Part shown: positions 13,517 through 26,744 of the stretch, in pieces
Numbering within the stretch: position 1 is the stretch's first letter
Layout: every line of letters begins with the position of its first letter
Origin: Octopus vulgaris
Lineage: Eukaryota
Assembly: GCA_951406725.2 (NCBI GenBank)
Contig: OX597830.1
Location: 32,240,001 to 32,304,000, forward strand
Reading direction: 5' to 3'
Length of the DNA stretch: 64,000 nt
Notes under the pieces: model-generated
The model's database searches: none
What the model was told of the DNA's origin: nothing
Seen by the model: the letters and a program-made list of their open reading frames with translations, nothing else
Program-made: the position numbers and the translations under genes

Positions 13517-13789
13517 TCTCTAATGAATGAATGAATGTTATATCGGTAATTATATAACTGTGAAACGAACAATTGCAACATGTCAAATACACATCTCCCT
13601 TAAACACACGCACACACGCGCACACACACACACACACACTCACACACACAAACAAATACACACACATCCAAACATACATACAGACACACATACATTCATG
13701 CACACACACAAACATATATACACACATAAATGTATATATGTATATATATGCATATACATACATATATATATATACATACACATACTTAA

Positions 13790-13832
<43 letters not shown>

Positions 13833-14089
13833 CATACATATATACATACACACACACATGTACATATACATGGAGAGTGCAGTACACATAATACAGCGTA
13901 CTAAGGCAAATACATGCAAACAACAGTTACCATCCACATATACACATAGAAATACTTTATACAACGCACACATACACTCGTGCTAACAAACACGCACACA
14001 TACACACACACACAAGCCCCCAGAATACGCACAAACGCATACTAACGGACAAAAATACCGAAAAATTGTCCTCCGCCACCCCAGCCTCT

Positions 14090-14160
14090 AATAATAATGA
14101 TGATGATGATGATAACGATGGCGACCACGACGACGATGATGATGATGATGATGGTGATGG

Positions 14161-14198
<38 letters not shown>

Positions 14199-14223
14199 GT
14201 GATGGTGATGATGATGATGGTGG

Positions 14224-14261
<38 letters not shown>

Positions 14262-14309
14262 GTGATGTTGATAATGATGATGATGATGATGATGGTGATT
14301 GTGAAAATG

Positions 14310-14340
<31 letters not shown>

Positions 14341-14342
14341 AG

Positions 14343-14381
<39 letters not shown>

Positions 14382-14400
14382 GTAATAAATAATAATAATG
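14090..14400. repeat. (GAT)n/(AAT)n microsatellite
   Basis: Direct reading; the poly-D and poly-M ORFs are artefacts. Confidence 0.95.
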
Positions 14401-14677
14401 AAATTAAAGAAATTTAAAAAGAGTCACATAACTCCGACCAACCCAACTACAGACAATAATTATTTTGTCAGATTACATCAGTTTAAACATTTGGACAAAA
14501 CACACGACAAAAACCTACGCGGAGCATTTTTATTTCAGATGGGCTTTCTATTCACTGATTTGAAATTAACCATAATTTTGATTAGAATATTCAAACGAGG
14601 AAAAACCATAATTTATAGCAGAAGAAGAAGAGGAAGAAGAAAACGAAGAAGAAAAAGAAGAAGAAGTAGAAGAAGAA

Positions 14678-14709
<32 letters not shown>

Positions 14710-15255
14710 AAAAGAGCGTGTGTGTGTGTGTGTGTGTGGAAGGGGACAGATGAGGAAGACGGGGGTGGGGGGAGAGAAAGAGATGGGGAAGAGATATCAA
14801 GAAGAAAATATTGAATTCCACAGAGAGCTTTATACACACACGCACATGCACATACACACACACATATGCACACACACACATGCACACACACACATGCACA
14901 CACACACGCACGCACACACACACACGCACACACACACACGCACACGCGGAAAATTAACAAAATAATAATCCAATGAATGAAACTCCGAGCAATTGTAGTT
15001 GCTGCTAATTTTGTTTTTATTGTTTTTGTTGTTGCTGCTGCTGCTGCTGCTGACGATGATGATGATGCTGCTGCTGATGCTGCTGCTGCTGCTGATGATG
15101 ATGAGGATGATGTTGTTGTTGTTGATGTGTAGCCCCAGGTCAAGCCATAAAGATCAGTTATGTCACCAGTTGTGTCCTAGTTGCGGCCATCTCGTATTTT
15201 TGTATATCAGAATTCTACGTCGTTCGTTTTGTCCCATTCTTCCTATATTTTAAAA

Positions 15256-15479
15256 GGTGTGCAGACAATTCGCCGACAGACAATTTCCACACGGCCTCAG
15301 ACTCAACACGGAGGCCTACATCAAGTGCCTGGAGGAGGTTGTGCTGTCCTGGGTCAAGAGGTAGTCCGCTGGAACACCCAGTCCCTAGCAACAGGACTGT
15401 GCACCATACCACACAATCGCCCTGTCTGTAACTTGTCTGTCGGTCAACTGACTGTCTGTCGACGAATTGTCCGTCTACC
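15256..15479. mobile_element. Small GG...CC TIR element containing a Tc1/mariner-superfamily transposase fragment
   Basis: GGTGTGCAGACAATTCGCCGACAGACA ... TGTCTGTCGACGAATTGTCCGTCTACC; interior 15288-15417 reads HGLRLNTEAYIKCLEEVVLSWVKR*...QQDCAPYHT. Confidence 0.7.
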
Positions 15480-15480
15480 A

Positions 15481-15872
15481 AGGCGGCGAGCTGGCAGAAA
15501 CGTTAGCACGCCGGGCGAAATGCGTAGCCGTATTTCGTCTGCCGTTACGTTTTCAGTTCAAATTCCGCCGAGGTCGACTTTGCCTTTCATTCTTACGGGG
15601 TCTTTTAAATAAGTAACAGTTACGCACTGGGGTCGATATAATCGACGTAATCCGTTTGTCTGTCCTTGTTTGTCCTCTGTGTTTAGCCCCTTGTGGGTAG
15701 TAAAGAAACAGGTATTTCGTCTGTCTTTACGTTATGAGTTCAAATTCCGCAGAGGTCGACTTCGCCTTTCATCCTTTTGGGGTCGATAAATTAAGTACCA
15801 GTTGCATACTGGAGTTGATCTAATCGACTGGCTCCTTCCACCAAAATTTCGAGCCTTGTGCCTAGAGTAGAA
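15481..15872 (+). mobile_element. Dimeric SINE family A with 19-bp TSD
   Basis: ACGAATTGTCCGTCTACCA at 15462-15480 and 15873-15891; two core domains in tandem. Confidence 0.92.
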
Positions 15873-16054
15873 ACGAATTGTCCGTCTACCATTTAAGACC
15901 GTATCATGTTATTTGAGGGAGGTTTGCCTGCTGTTTACCTCAGATCAATCCTGAGAGAGCAGGCATGTCATCATTGGTGATCTAGTTGTGTCCATTCCCA
16001 CATTCAGTTTTCTTTGTACATCTAACAGTCTTCATATTTCAAGAGGGTATCGTA

Positions 16055-16210
16055 CAGGGACGGACTGAGCCGCCGATCAATCGGGCACCGCCCGAGGACC
16101 CGGAGTTCTGAAGGGCCCGCACTCTACATGTCAACTCTGCTGATATTAATGCTAAAGTGCCTAGTAAACAGTTATTCCTGAGTGCCCTTAATGCTCTCAG
16201 TCCGCCCCTG
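16055..16210. mobile_element. hAT-type MITE (156 bp)
   Basis: CAGGGACGGACTGAG...CTCAGTCCGCCCCTG TIRs; perfect 8-bp TSD GTATCGTA (16047-16054 and 16211-16218). Confidence 0.92.
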
Positions 16211-16218
16211 GTATCGTA

Positions 16219-16495
16219 TGATTTGGGGAAATTTGGCATCTATTTCTAATAGACTTCCCACCCAACAAATTTCCCTTATAACATTCACTCGTGTGCAATG
16301 GCTTCGTCTACGACTTCTTCTGCCTTCACTTACATCCCATACAAATCGGACATCTTGTCCTGGCAATAGTTACGCCATTAATCTCTTAACTAAGTGCCCA
16401 TGACCACTTTGAATTCTTTGACCCCTAATGGAAATGACAATGTTTGTGAGAGACCAAACTGAACGCAAAATACTTGACACACTCGGTCCCTTCCC
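16219..16495 (-). mobile_element. Highly degraded LINE RT C-terminal fragment
   Basis: IRGQRIQSGHGHLVKR...FVWDVSEGRRSRRRS resembles the RTE-type RRLRWxGH...GRRxRGRP region. Confidence 0.45.
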
Positions 16496-16501
16496 ATACT
16501 T

Positions 16502-16868
16502 TTTTACTCTTTTACTTGTTTCAGTCATTTGACTGTGGCCATACTGGAACACCGCCTTTAGTCGAGCAAATCGACCACAGGACTTATTCTTTGTAAGCCT
16601 AGTACCTATTCTATCGGTTTCTTTTGCCGAACCGCTAAGTTACGGGGAAGTAAACACACCAGCATCGGTTGTCAAGTGATGTTGGGGAGAGGGGACAAAC
16701 TCAGACACGCAATCACACACACACATATATACGATGGATTTCTTTCTGTTTCCGTCTACCAAATCCATTCACAAGACTTTGGTCGGCCCGAGGCTATAGT
16801 AGAAGACACTTGCCCAAGGTGCCACGCAGTGGAATTGAACCCAGAACCATGTGGTTGGTAAACAAGCT
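16502..16868 (-). mobile_element. SINE family B, 5'-truncated
   Basis: Tail and core motifs. Confidence 0.85.
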
Positions 16869-17471
16869 AGGCACTGAATCCTTGTAACAGCTCCTTCGTT
16901 TACGATCAACGGCTACACAGTTCCTGAAAAGGACCCCCCCCCCCTAATTGATAACACTACAGCTTTGCATTTCCAAGAATCAATGCCCCATGAATTCACT
17001 TGAGCGACACGCTCACTTGATCCCGAAACCTTACCATCACCATGTAAGGCAATTTAGGTTCTCCTCGCAACCAACATCCTAAACTATTCATTCTTGTTTC
17101 AAACTCAACGGGATGACCCCGCTCATTCACTTGAAATCAGTAACTCACCATTTTATCTTTTCGAGAGGTCATACTCCTGATGTCCTCCACCTTAAACTAT
17201 CATCAGAGTCCATAAAATCTGCTCTTAAAGTTTCCTCAAAATTGCTTGCAATTTTCTCTTCTTAGTTTGTCACAGGCGTCGAAGAAACAAACAAATGAAG
17301 GAACAGATATAAAACGTAGAAATATATTTGGCTTCTACCACCATTGGTCTTCAATTTTCTACGAAAACAGTTCTTCGTAAATACAGAACTAATTTGTAAT
17401 TGCTGCCAATGACTTATTTTTCTATTCGGTAAGTTCTCTCGATGTCTATTTCACATTTTAGGCACACGTAG

Positions 17472-17536
<65 letters not shown>

Positions 17537-17779
17537 CACACACACGTATGTATATACGTAGTGTATAAACATGTCTGTAGGTATATATAAGCATATATAT
17601 ATACAAATATATATTCATATATACATATATAAGCATGTGCGTATATATATGTATGGATATATATATATGTGTGTGTATGTATGTATGTATGTATATATGT
17701 ATGTATATATGTATATACATTTATATTATATATATATATATACATATATATATATACATACATATATATACATATATAT

Positions 17780-17843
<64 letters not shown>

Positions 17844-17940
17844 GTATGTTTGTATGTATGTATGTATGTATATATATATATAATATAAATATATAGATAT
17901 ATATATATACATACATACATACATACATACATACATACAG

Positions 17941-18015
17941 ATAGCCAGATAACCGAAGGGATGGTGTTGTGGATTTCCACTTCGGCATCCGAAACTCAGA
18001 GTTTTATCTTGGCTA
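17941..18015 (+). ncRNA. Degenerate minimal type-I hammerhead ribozyme
   Basis: Stem I ATAGCCA-GATAA/TTATCTTGGCTAT; core CCGAAG (vs CTGANGA); stem II GGATG..GTGGA/TCCAC..CATCC; GAAA; stem III ACTC-A-GAGT; GTT triplet. Confidence 0.6.
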
Positions 18016-18049
18016 TTGTATAATTGTCACATATTAATTTACAGATATG

Positions 18050-18116
<67 letters not shown>

Positions 18117-18171
18117 GGAGAGAGGGAGATAGATGTGCATATGCTTGTGTATTGGATGAATAATGTGTATG

Positions 18172-18243
<72 letters not shown>

Positions 18244-18413
18244 CGTATGTACGTATGTTCGTACGTAATGTCACCGCGTAAATATATACCCGTTGATGCC
18301 GGAGGTGAAGAGTCAGGTAATGAACGTTCCGGTGAATGAATGTCATTAAACCATTTACTTCCATTGCATCAAAAGCCTTCTTTATAAACAATATTATTTG
18401 CTTTCTTTTGTGA

Positions 18414-18526
<113 letters not shown>

Positions 18527-18879
18527 TTAGAGAGGAATTTTTGTGTTCCGTCTCGTGGCGCAGTAACATATAACTAACTGACTATGGGCAAAAACAGTGA
18601 TCCTTCATTTGTGAAACCAGCACATGAGGGTTTGTTGACAGACGAGGCAAAACACATATTACTAAGAAGGAAATGCAGACCTTTAAATTCGAAATGGGTT
18701 TTCTGGAATGTTTGGAATGCTTGCGATAAACATATCCACCGCCGACAGCGCACTCTCTGTCACTATTGCTGCTTCAATCGGATTTGACATTAGATCGTTT
18801 CGTTACCAAACCTTTGACATTGCAGAAACGTGGAGGATCCGAGTTTTTGAGACAGAGAGAGCGAGATAGAAAAAGAGAA

Positions 18880-18924
<45 letters not shown>

Positions 18925-19200
18925 GGCAGGCAGGCAGAGAGGGAGCGAGAGAGAGAGAGAGAGAGAGAGAGAGTTGGGGACCCTTTCTGTAGTGTGCGTC
19001 AATGACGTAGAATACCGAGTAGCTTAACTCGTGGTGGCTGAGACATTCATTGGGGGTAGTTCACAGGGTGTTTGGACTCTAAAACAGCGTCGAGAGACGT
19101 AGGGTAACCTTATGTCTTCTACTTTGCTTCGCTCATTAGATTGCGGCCATGCCGGGGCACCGCCTTCAAACATTTTTAGTCAAATGAATTGATCCCAGCA

Positions 19201-19236
<36 letters not shown>

Positions 19237-19279
19237 CATACACACACACACACACATTTATATATATATACACACACAC

Positions 19280-19344
<65 letters not shown>

Positions 19345-19347
<3 letters not shown>

Positions 19348-19645
19348 CGCAATGGCCCGGTGGTTAGGGCAGCGGACTCGCGGTCGTAGGATCGCGGTTT
19401 CGATTCCCAGACCTGGCGTTGTGTGTGTTTATTGAGCCAAAACACCAAAAAGCTCCACGAGGCTCCGGTAGGGGGGTGGTGGCGACCCCTGCTGTACTCT
19501 TTCGCCGCAACTTTCTCTCACTCTTTCTTCTGTTGGCCTGCTCGCTTAGCCAGCGGGGTGGCCTTCATTTGAAGGCTAAAACAATGCGAAGCGCATTGTG
19601 ACCAGCGATGTGTAGCAACATCTGATAGCCTGGTCGGTCACATGA
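19345..19645 (+). mobile_element. tRNA-derived SINE, family C (GGCGCAATGGCCC(A/G)GTGGTTAGGG head)
   Basis: A-box and B-box (GGTTTCGATTCCC); related copies at 28421-28603, 28679-29020, 34208-34475 and 36990-37270. Confidence 0.9.
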
Positions 19646-19873
19646 TGATGATGATATATATATATATATATATATATATCATCATCATCATCATCATGTG
19701 ACCGACACATATATATTGTGTCTTTGTTTTTAAAGCCTGATATTATTTTTGTTGGTTCCTTTTGCTGAACCGTTAAGTTACAAGAACGTAAGCAACACAC
19801 CAACACCAGTTGCGAAGCGGTGAGGACGGGGCCAAACACACACAGATACACACACATTTATATATATATATTA

Positions 19874-20274
19874 GGGGCATTACTATACATAGATGCCTCA
19901 CGCTAGGAGGGACTCTTAGAGTCAAAACTATCATAACAAATAAGCACATTGCTGCAATTCGAAAAGCCCGCCTTTTACATAGATACATAAGTGTGAACAA
20001 TTCTATGTACTATGCTGGATACATTTGCTGTTCGTCTGGTATGTTGATTTTTGTTCATTTTTAAGTATCTTGAATTATGCTTGCACTGACGATTAAAAAG
20101 TGCATTTTGTGCACTAATTATGAAATCATATGATCTGCAGCTGAATTCTGTTTTTAAAATTCTCGCTTCGAGAGTTGCATTCCCTCGAGTTCGGTACAAT
20201 GTGTTTATTTATTATGGTAGTTTTGACTGTAACAGTCCCTCCTAGCGTGAGGCGTTTATGTATAGCAATGCCCT
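19874..20274. mobile_element. MITE with ~80-bp TIRs (PIF/Harbinger- or TTAA-type; superfamily ambiguous)
   Basis: GGGGCATTACTATACATAGATGCCTCACGCTAGGAGGGACT ... AGTCCCTCCTAGCGTGAGGCGTTTATGTATAGCAATGCCCT, flanked by TTA/TAA. Confidence 0.85.
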
Positions 20275-20400
20275 TAATATAAATAAATATATTTAACAGG
20301 AATAATTGATAGATTTTTCCCTTATGAGGTTTTTCACGTTAAGTCATCGATAAATTCTTATAAAGATTTCATTTTATTTTTCAATTGTATGTATAGATAT

Positions 20401-20517
<117 letters not shown>

Positions 20518-20571
20518 GGCGGTGCCCCAGCATGGCCACAGCTCAAGAGCTGAAACTGGAAAACATAAAAC

Positions 20572-20609
<38 letters not shown>

Positions 20610-20683
20610 CATACATACATACATACATACATACATACATACATACATACATACATACATACATACATACATACATACATACA

Positions 20684-20717
<34 letters not shown>

Positions 20718-21321
20718 AATTTATATATTTATTTTTGCTAATTCATTTTGTCTCTTTGTCTTCTCTCTTTGTGCTGTATGAACATTTGGTGTGGTTTAGA
20801 GCCAAGTTTTGGCTGCTATATCTAGCATGGCGGTATCTCTTAGACACCCTTAATTATAATTTTATATACATGCATATATATACGAATGGTTTCTTTCAGT
20901 TTCCGCCTACCAAATACCTTCACAAGACTTTGGTCAGCCCAAGGCTATAACAAAAGTTATATATCCAAAGTGCCACGGAGTGGGACTGAAACCTGAACCA
21001 TGTGGTTGGGAAGCCACAAACAATTTACTCAGTGGTCATATTAACTACTTTACTGATTAGTGGGGAGGGAGTAAGTTTTGCCTTTTGCTCAGAGCCATTT
21101 ATGATTGTAGCAGCTCCTTTTGAGTGCGGAGAAAGACTTCATATTTTTGTTTCTCGTCAGATGATGACAATTGGCTAATGTCGATAATAGATATTTCCCT
21201 ACTTTATTCAGGTACATCAATTCCTTCTCCACGTTCCAAATTCTTGTAACAAGGGCAACCACGTGTCAGTCTTCGTAATTGTAACTCATACTTTCTTCCA
21301 TTTTAAAACAACTCAGCATTC

Positions 21322-21464
21322 ACCTTATTTACATTTGACAGATATTTGTCCTCATCTTGTTTGTAGTTAACACAACGTTTCGGCTGATATACCCTCCAGC
21401 CTTCATCAGGTGTCTTGGGGAAATTTCGAACTTGGGTTCTCATTCTTAAGGTATTTTTCGATGC

Positions 21465-21533
<69 letters not shown>

Positions 21534-21796
21534 ATGTAACTACCTGAAATCGAACTCGGAATCTTGGGGTTAGTAGCCCGCGCTCTTAACCACTACACCA
21601 TAATAATAACATCCTCGAAAAATACCTTAAGAATGAGAACCCAGTTTCGAAATTTTCCCAAGACACCAGATGAAGGCTGGAGGGTATATCAGCCGAAACG
21701 TTGTGTTAACAACAAAAAAGATGATGACAAATATACGTCAAATGTAAATGATGTAAATAATGTACATAATTCCTCATCTCTTAAATATGGAACTGT
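21322..21796. mobile_element. Inverted-repeat cassette with a hammerhead in each arm (Penelope pLTR-like), 12-bp TSD
   Basis: Arms at about 21328-21470 and 21600-21748 are inverted; AACTCAGCATTC at 21310-21321 and 21797-21808. Confidence 0.85.
21369..21414 (-). ncRNA. Minimal type-I hammerhead ribozyme, intact core
   Basis: GACAC-CTGATGA-A-GGCTG(GAGGGTATAT)CAGCC-GAAA-CG-TT-GTGTT; palindromic AACGTT stem III. Confidence 0.75.
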
Positions 21797-21844
21797 AACT
21801 CAGCATTCCTCTACAAACGCAATGATTTCACGCAGACTTTGATT

Positions 21845-22160
21845 TGATCGGTCTCACAATCATGAGCTAGTGAGTTCGATTCCCAGATCGGGCTGTGAGG
21901 TGTGTTCTTCGGCAAGACACTTTATTTCACGTTGCTCCTATTAACTCAACTGCAGAAATGAGTTACGACATCACTAGTGCCAAGCTGTATCGGCCTTTGT
22001 CTTTCCCTTAGATAACATTGGTGGTGTGGAAAGTGGAGGCTGGTATGCCTGGTTGACTGCTGGTCTTCCATAAACAATCTTGCCCGGACTTATACTTCGG
22101 AGAGTAACTTTCTTGGTGCAATCCTATGGTCATTGATGACCGAAGTGGGGTCTTTACTCT
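21845..22160 (+). mobile_element. tRNA-derived SINE with GCAAGACACTTTATTTCACGTTGCTC core
   Basis: GAGTTCGATTCCC B-box; similar core at about 41475 (+) and 11030 (-). Confidence 0.75.
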
Positions 22161-23359
22161 TTACCCTGTTTCTTTTGGAATAACTTGAAGTGTCTGAAGA
22201 GAATGTCTTCCTAAGACTATTATTACAATTCTGAAAGAACAATGTATTCCAATAAGAACTCTTGAGTTTGATCTTCAGCTTCAACAGCAACTTTATGGTG
22301 CACAATACACTTACAATAAATTATCATCGATTTCTGTTTTAGCATTTCTATGAAGAAGTTCACTACCAATTTGTATGTACTGTGAAAGGTTTTCTTGCGG
22401 GAAATAGAAGCTGCATCTTCCAAGGCTATTTTCTCATGAGTCCTTACTTCAGCCAGCAGAGTGCTTATCATTTTAGTTTCCCTTGTTGCATTAAGAAAGA
22501 ATATTTCACTTTTTTTTTTTTAGCTCTGAACACTATCATCAGTTTTCCGAAGGCAGATTTTGATCATCAAATAGTTTAGCTTCACTCTCAGCAGTAAATC
22601 GAATGTTGAACCTCAGTAATTGGCTTGCTCCTTCGCGGCTGGCTAATATAAAGCAAGTTACATTTATGCAATTCGTCCTCATCCATTGCCAAAATCTTGT
22701 CTTCAGCACCAACATGACACAAGTTGACGACTGCATCACTAAAATCAATGACAAAATCATCTAGATGCTTCAAATCGCTAGATAGGTTTTCTCTGATCTG
22801 AAACTACAGATCCTAGGGAGATGACAATGTGTTTTGTATAGAACAGCAAGGAAGCTTTGTGGTTTTAAAAAATGATTGCAAAACGATTTTTTCCATCATT
22901 TTTGCTTCTTTTCCTAACAGGCTTCGTCTGTATATATACGCTTCTCTGTAAATATTTCATCATGCCTGTATATATTTCACCATATAGTCCTTTATCCAGC
23001 TTTAAGTGTTGATGGTTATATTTTTGACCATTCACTCTTCGAAGTTGGTTTTGCGATTTTAATTTTTTGCCTTCGTGTAAGAAAGTCGTTGTGTTGAAAC
23101 ATTCCAGCTGACTTCAATAAACAGTAGAAACGCTTCGCAAAGAGTAATCTGTCTAAGATATGTGTAACTTTGAAAAGGAACACTTTTACTCTCTTGACTA
23201 TTTTGTTCTGTTAAAAATGAAATATAGAAAAAGTTGGTAATAAAGCAGTGCTGAAGCAAATGTTTTAGCTTAGTAAAGAAAGAAAATGTTGTGAATGTAA
23301 TGTCTCAGAGCCAGAGCTTCTTGTATTGTACTCCTAGCACAAGATTGATATGTATACAC

Positions 23360-23533
23360 ATGATGTATAAACAGCATACACAAACACACACACACACGTA
23401 CACCCACACTATATATGTGTGCGTATCTATGTGTGTGCGTATGTGTGTATAGACGGATGGATAAATGGATGAATGCATGTATGCATGTATTTATGTACGT
23501 AGGTATGCATGTATGTACGCATGTATGTATGTG

Positions 23534-23565
<32 letters not shown>

Positions 23566-23750
23566 TGTATGTATGTATGCATGCATGTATGAATGTATGT
23601 ATGTATGTGTGTGTATGTATGTATGTGTGTATGTATGTAGGTAGGTAAATAGATAGGTAGGTACGTAAGTACATACGAGCGTGCGTATGTATGTTTGTAT
23701 GTATGTATGTATGTATGTAATGTTTGTATGTATGTTTGTATGCATGTAGT
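23360..23750. repeat. (TATG)n-rich microsatellite
   Basis: Direct reading. Confidence 0.9.
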
Positions 23751-24975
23751 AATATGTAGTCAGATTCCAAAGTATTTGTTGGAAAATCTTTCTTGTCACA
23801 AAATAGCAAATTTTGAAATATCGTTGATACTTGTCTAACAGTAGTTTAAAGGTATTGGTTTTGGTTTAATGTATATCAAGACATCCTAAAAATATGTGCA
23901 GCCCCTTGAGAACAATTCTCATGCATATACGTTGAAAAACAAAAGCTAGTCTGTTGGATATTCTTATCCAATAAATATAGCTGAATACTTACGATTCAAT
24001 TGGAAATTCTGGTTGAGAAGTCCCATCATATACATCCATTTGCTTAACAAACCCAAACCGACTCGTGTGGTAACAATTGATGAAGGCAAGCAAGGTTTCT
24101 GAATAATGTAGGATATTTTTTAGACGGGGTGGGGGAAGAGAGTTTGTCCCCCCAACATCGCTTGACAACCGATGGTGGTGCGTTTACGTCACTGTAACTT
24201 AGCGGTTCGGCAAAATAGACTGATAGAATAAGTACTAAGCTTACAAAGAATAAGTCTTGGGATTGATTTGCTCGACTGAAGGCGGTGCTCCAGCACGGCC
24301 GCAATCAAATGACTGAAACAAGTAAGTAAAAGAGAGAACCACCTAAACAAATCAATCTCACAAATCGCAATCATTTCAGAGCTCAGTGTTGATTGTAACT
24401 AAGTATTTCGCGCCCTTGGAATCTTCATGTCCAGCTGTTGAATCATGTCCGTATCTGACCAGCTCACAGGAAACACCACTGAAAACTGATACCAACTAAT
24501 GAGAATAAACGTTATGTCGATGAAAACGTTGGCCTTGGAGTACATTTGGCAAAACTGCAATGGCGTAGCTAGAGTGTGCGGTCCGGGGTAGCACGCGAGT
24601 TTTCCCATTCACTTCTGTAAAAGTCCTATACAGGTTTAAAGAGCGTCTCAAAAAGGACGGCCCCCATTAAAGTACTGCCCGAGACAAACGGCTCCTACGT
24701 AACTTACTCTACTGCAAAACTGGCTGGCTATTATGAAATAATAAGACTGAAATATCAGTGCAGTGAAAATCCATGCAAACAAACGTTACAGGCCAGATGT
24801 GGATAGGATGAATTTTCTACTTTATTGCACATCTTGAGGAGAGTTCTTGTATGCAAAAACCGCAACTCACGCACTGTGATCATCTGATATCTTCGTTTAT
24901 TTGTGAAAATCCACAATTTGCTAAAATGACTAAGATTTTAATATCGCAAGTTATATTTTTCTAAGATTAACATGC

Positions 24976-25134
24976 CTAGGAGTGGCTGTGTGGTAAGTAG
25001 CTTGCTTACCACATACATGGTTCCGAGTTCATTCCCACTGCATGACACTTTGGGCAAGTGTCTTCTACTATAGCCTCGAGCCGACCAAAGACTTGTGAGT
25101 GGATTTGGTAGACGGAAATTGAAAGAAGCCCGCC

Positions 25135-25218
<84 letters not shown>

Positions 25219-25431
25219 ATGTATGTATGTGTGTGTGTGTTTGTCCCCCCCCCAACATTGCTTGACAACCGATGCTGGTGTGTTTACGTCCCCATAACTC
25301 AGCGGTTCGGCAAAAGAGTCCGATAGAATAAGAACTAGGCTTACAAAGAATAAGTCCTGGGGTCGATTTGCTCGACTAAAGGCGGTGCTACAACATGGCC
25401 ACAGTCAAATAACTGAAACAAGTAAAAGAGT
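24976..25431 (+). mobile_element. SINE family B, full length
   Basis: Head, internal (TA)n(TG)n and tail. Confidence 0.9.
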
Positions 25432-26177
25432 ATGCGTGTGTTTACCAATTTAAAAAAATTTTTTTTAATACCAAACCTGTTACTTATTTACGTTAATTAA
25501 ATACGAAATAACGCAAACTTAGAAATCGAGAGAAGATTTGATAACATAATGTAAAACAGATGAGATGAGATGAGATTCCTGAAAACTTTTAGGATTAGGA
25601 TTTTTTTTTTTTTTTTTTTTTTCATAGTTTCTTTTAAGAACTTATAACATTTGATGCTAATGTAATAATGATTAACTATATACAGGTGTTCTGTTTGTGT
25701 TTGAGAAATTGCAGTTTGTCGTTATGCTTGACGCAGCTATTGTAAAGGTAAAAAAAAAAAAAAAAACACACAAATAATTTAACTGGATAGCATGGCACGT
25801 GCGATCAATTTTTTTTTGGATATGTATAATCTATTTACAATTTACCGCTAAGATGCCTGTCATGTGTTTGTAAACTATTTGTTAAAGTGTGTACTTTTGT
25901 TACTGAAATATTAATGGTGTTGCTATTAGCGTTGAATTTACAATATTTGTTGTTAGTTGATTGTTATTAGAAGCGCATGTTGAAGATCATTAAAAATTTC
26001 CAGATACTAAACGGTTGTTTTTTCCTTCTTATTTTCTTTTAAACAATACGTTAGCTGATATTTATTTTTAAATGAATATTTTTTTCTGAATGATAAAATC
26101 AAAACATACATACATCAGTATCTTCTGCATTTGGAGGGAACACACACCTGATATGACTTCTATAGTAATCGTTAATA

Positions 26178-26600
26178 TTGGGTTGTCTGGAAAGTTCGTG
26201 CCGATTTATAGTAGCTTACCTTTCGACTTATTTTAGAACATGGTTGAGTCCATTAAATAGGATTTGACTACACCTCCATTTAAAGCACAGTTTAAGCTAT
26301 CTTTTCGTGGAAGAAGATTTATGTTCCTATAACCTGTGTTAATTCTGTAACCCTTTAAAATGGAAGATAGGAAAGTTCATTTTCGGCACTTGATGCTTTG
26401 GGAACCAGACAAAAATTGCTGCAGCTCGGCCATGAAACCATCTCAATTCTGGGAAGAGAGTATTTTCAAGTTAAAGGAAAGATGGAGAGGCATTGTGCAA
26501 CAAAATGGTTCATATTTGGTTGATTAAAAATGTAATCGCAAGTATTCATTGACCTTTTTCTTTCCTTTAAAAATTGGCACGAACTTTCCGGACAACCCAG
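26178..26600 (+). mobile_element. Internally deleted mariner (MITE derivative)
   Basis: TA|TTGGGTTGTCTGGAAAGTTCGTGCCGATTT...AAATTGGCACGAACTTTCCGGACAACCCAG|TA; retains transposase start MEDRKVHFRHLMLW and end KLKERWRGIVQQNGSYLVD*. Confidence 0.92.
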
Positions 26601-26744
26601 TACTTTCGTTGTGTAATAAGATACCATGGAAGGTGGTATGGCTCGTTTGAATAATGGTAAGAACCAGCTACAGCTTGAATATAGAATGCATAAACTGCTC
26701 AATGATCAAGTTTCCTTTATTTTATATCCTTTCTGTATACACTT

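Larger units (their letters stand above)
21030..23300 (-). pseudogene. Decayed Helitron RepHel (PIF1-like helicase) coding region, interrupted by two insertions
   Basis: Minus strand reads FFLNATRETKMISTLLAEVRTHEKIALEDAAS..KKTFHSTYKL (cf. FFLDAPGGTGKTF..LLAxVRS.GKIALAVASSGIAA..GRTAHS.FKL), MIIYCKCIVHHKVAVEAEDQT (LIIWDECTMAHK.ALEA.DRTL), QTLQVIPK (DFRQTLPVIP), VCVKSLRL* (ACLKSS.LW) and NHKWL (NHDWL.ERAIL), in the expected order. Confidence 0.8.

Noticed and set aside
14066-15253. Poly-D, poly-R and poly-M ORFs
   Set aside because: Trinucleotide microsatellites with no supporting gene structure.
19345-19420. tRNA gene
   Set aside because: The tRNA-like head continues into a repeated SINE body with no clean acceptor stem or terminator.
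23760-24960. Possible hAT transposase C-terminal relic and hAT MITE
   Set aside because: Too degenerate to support; no clear TIR pair or TSD.
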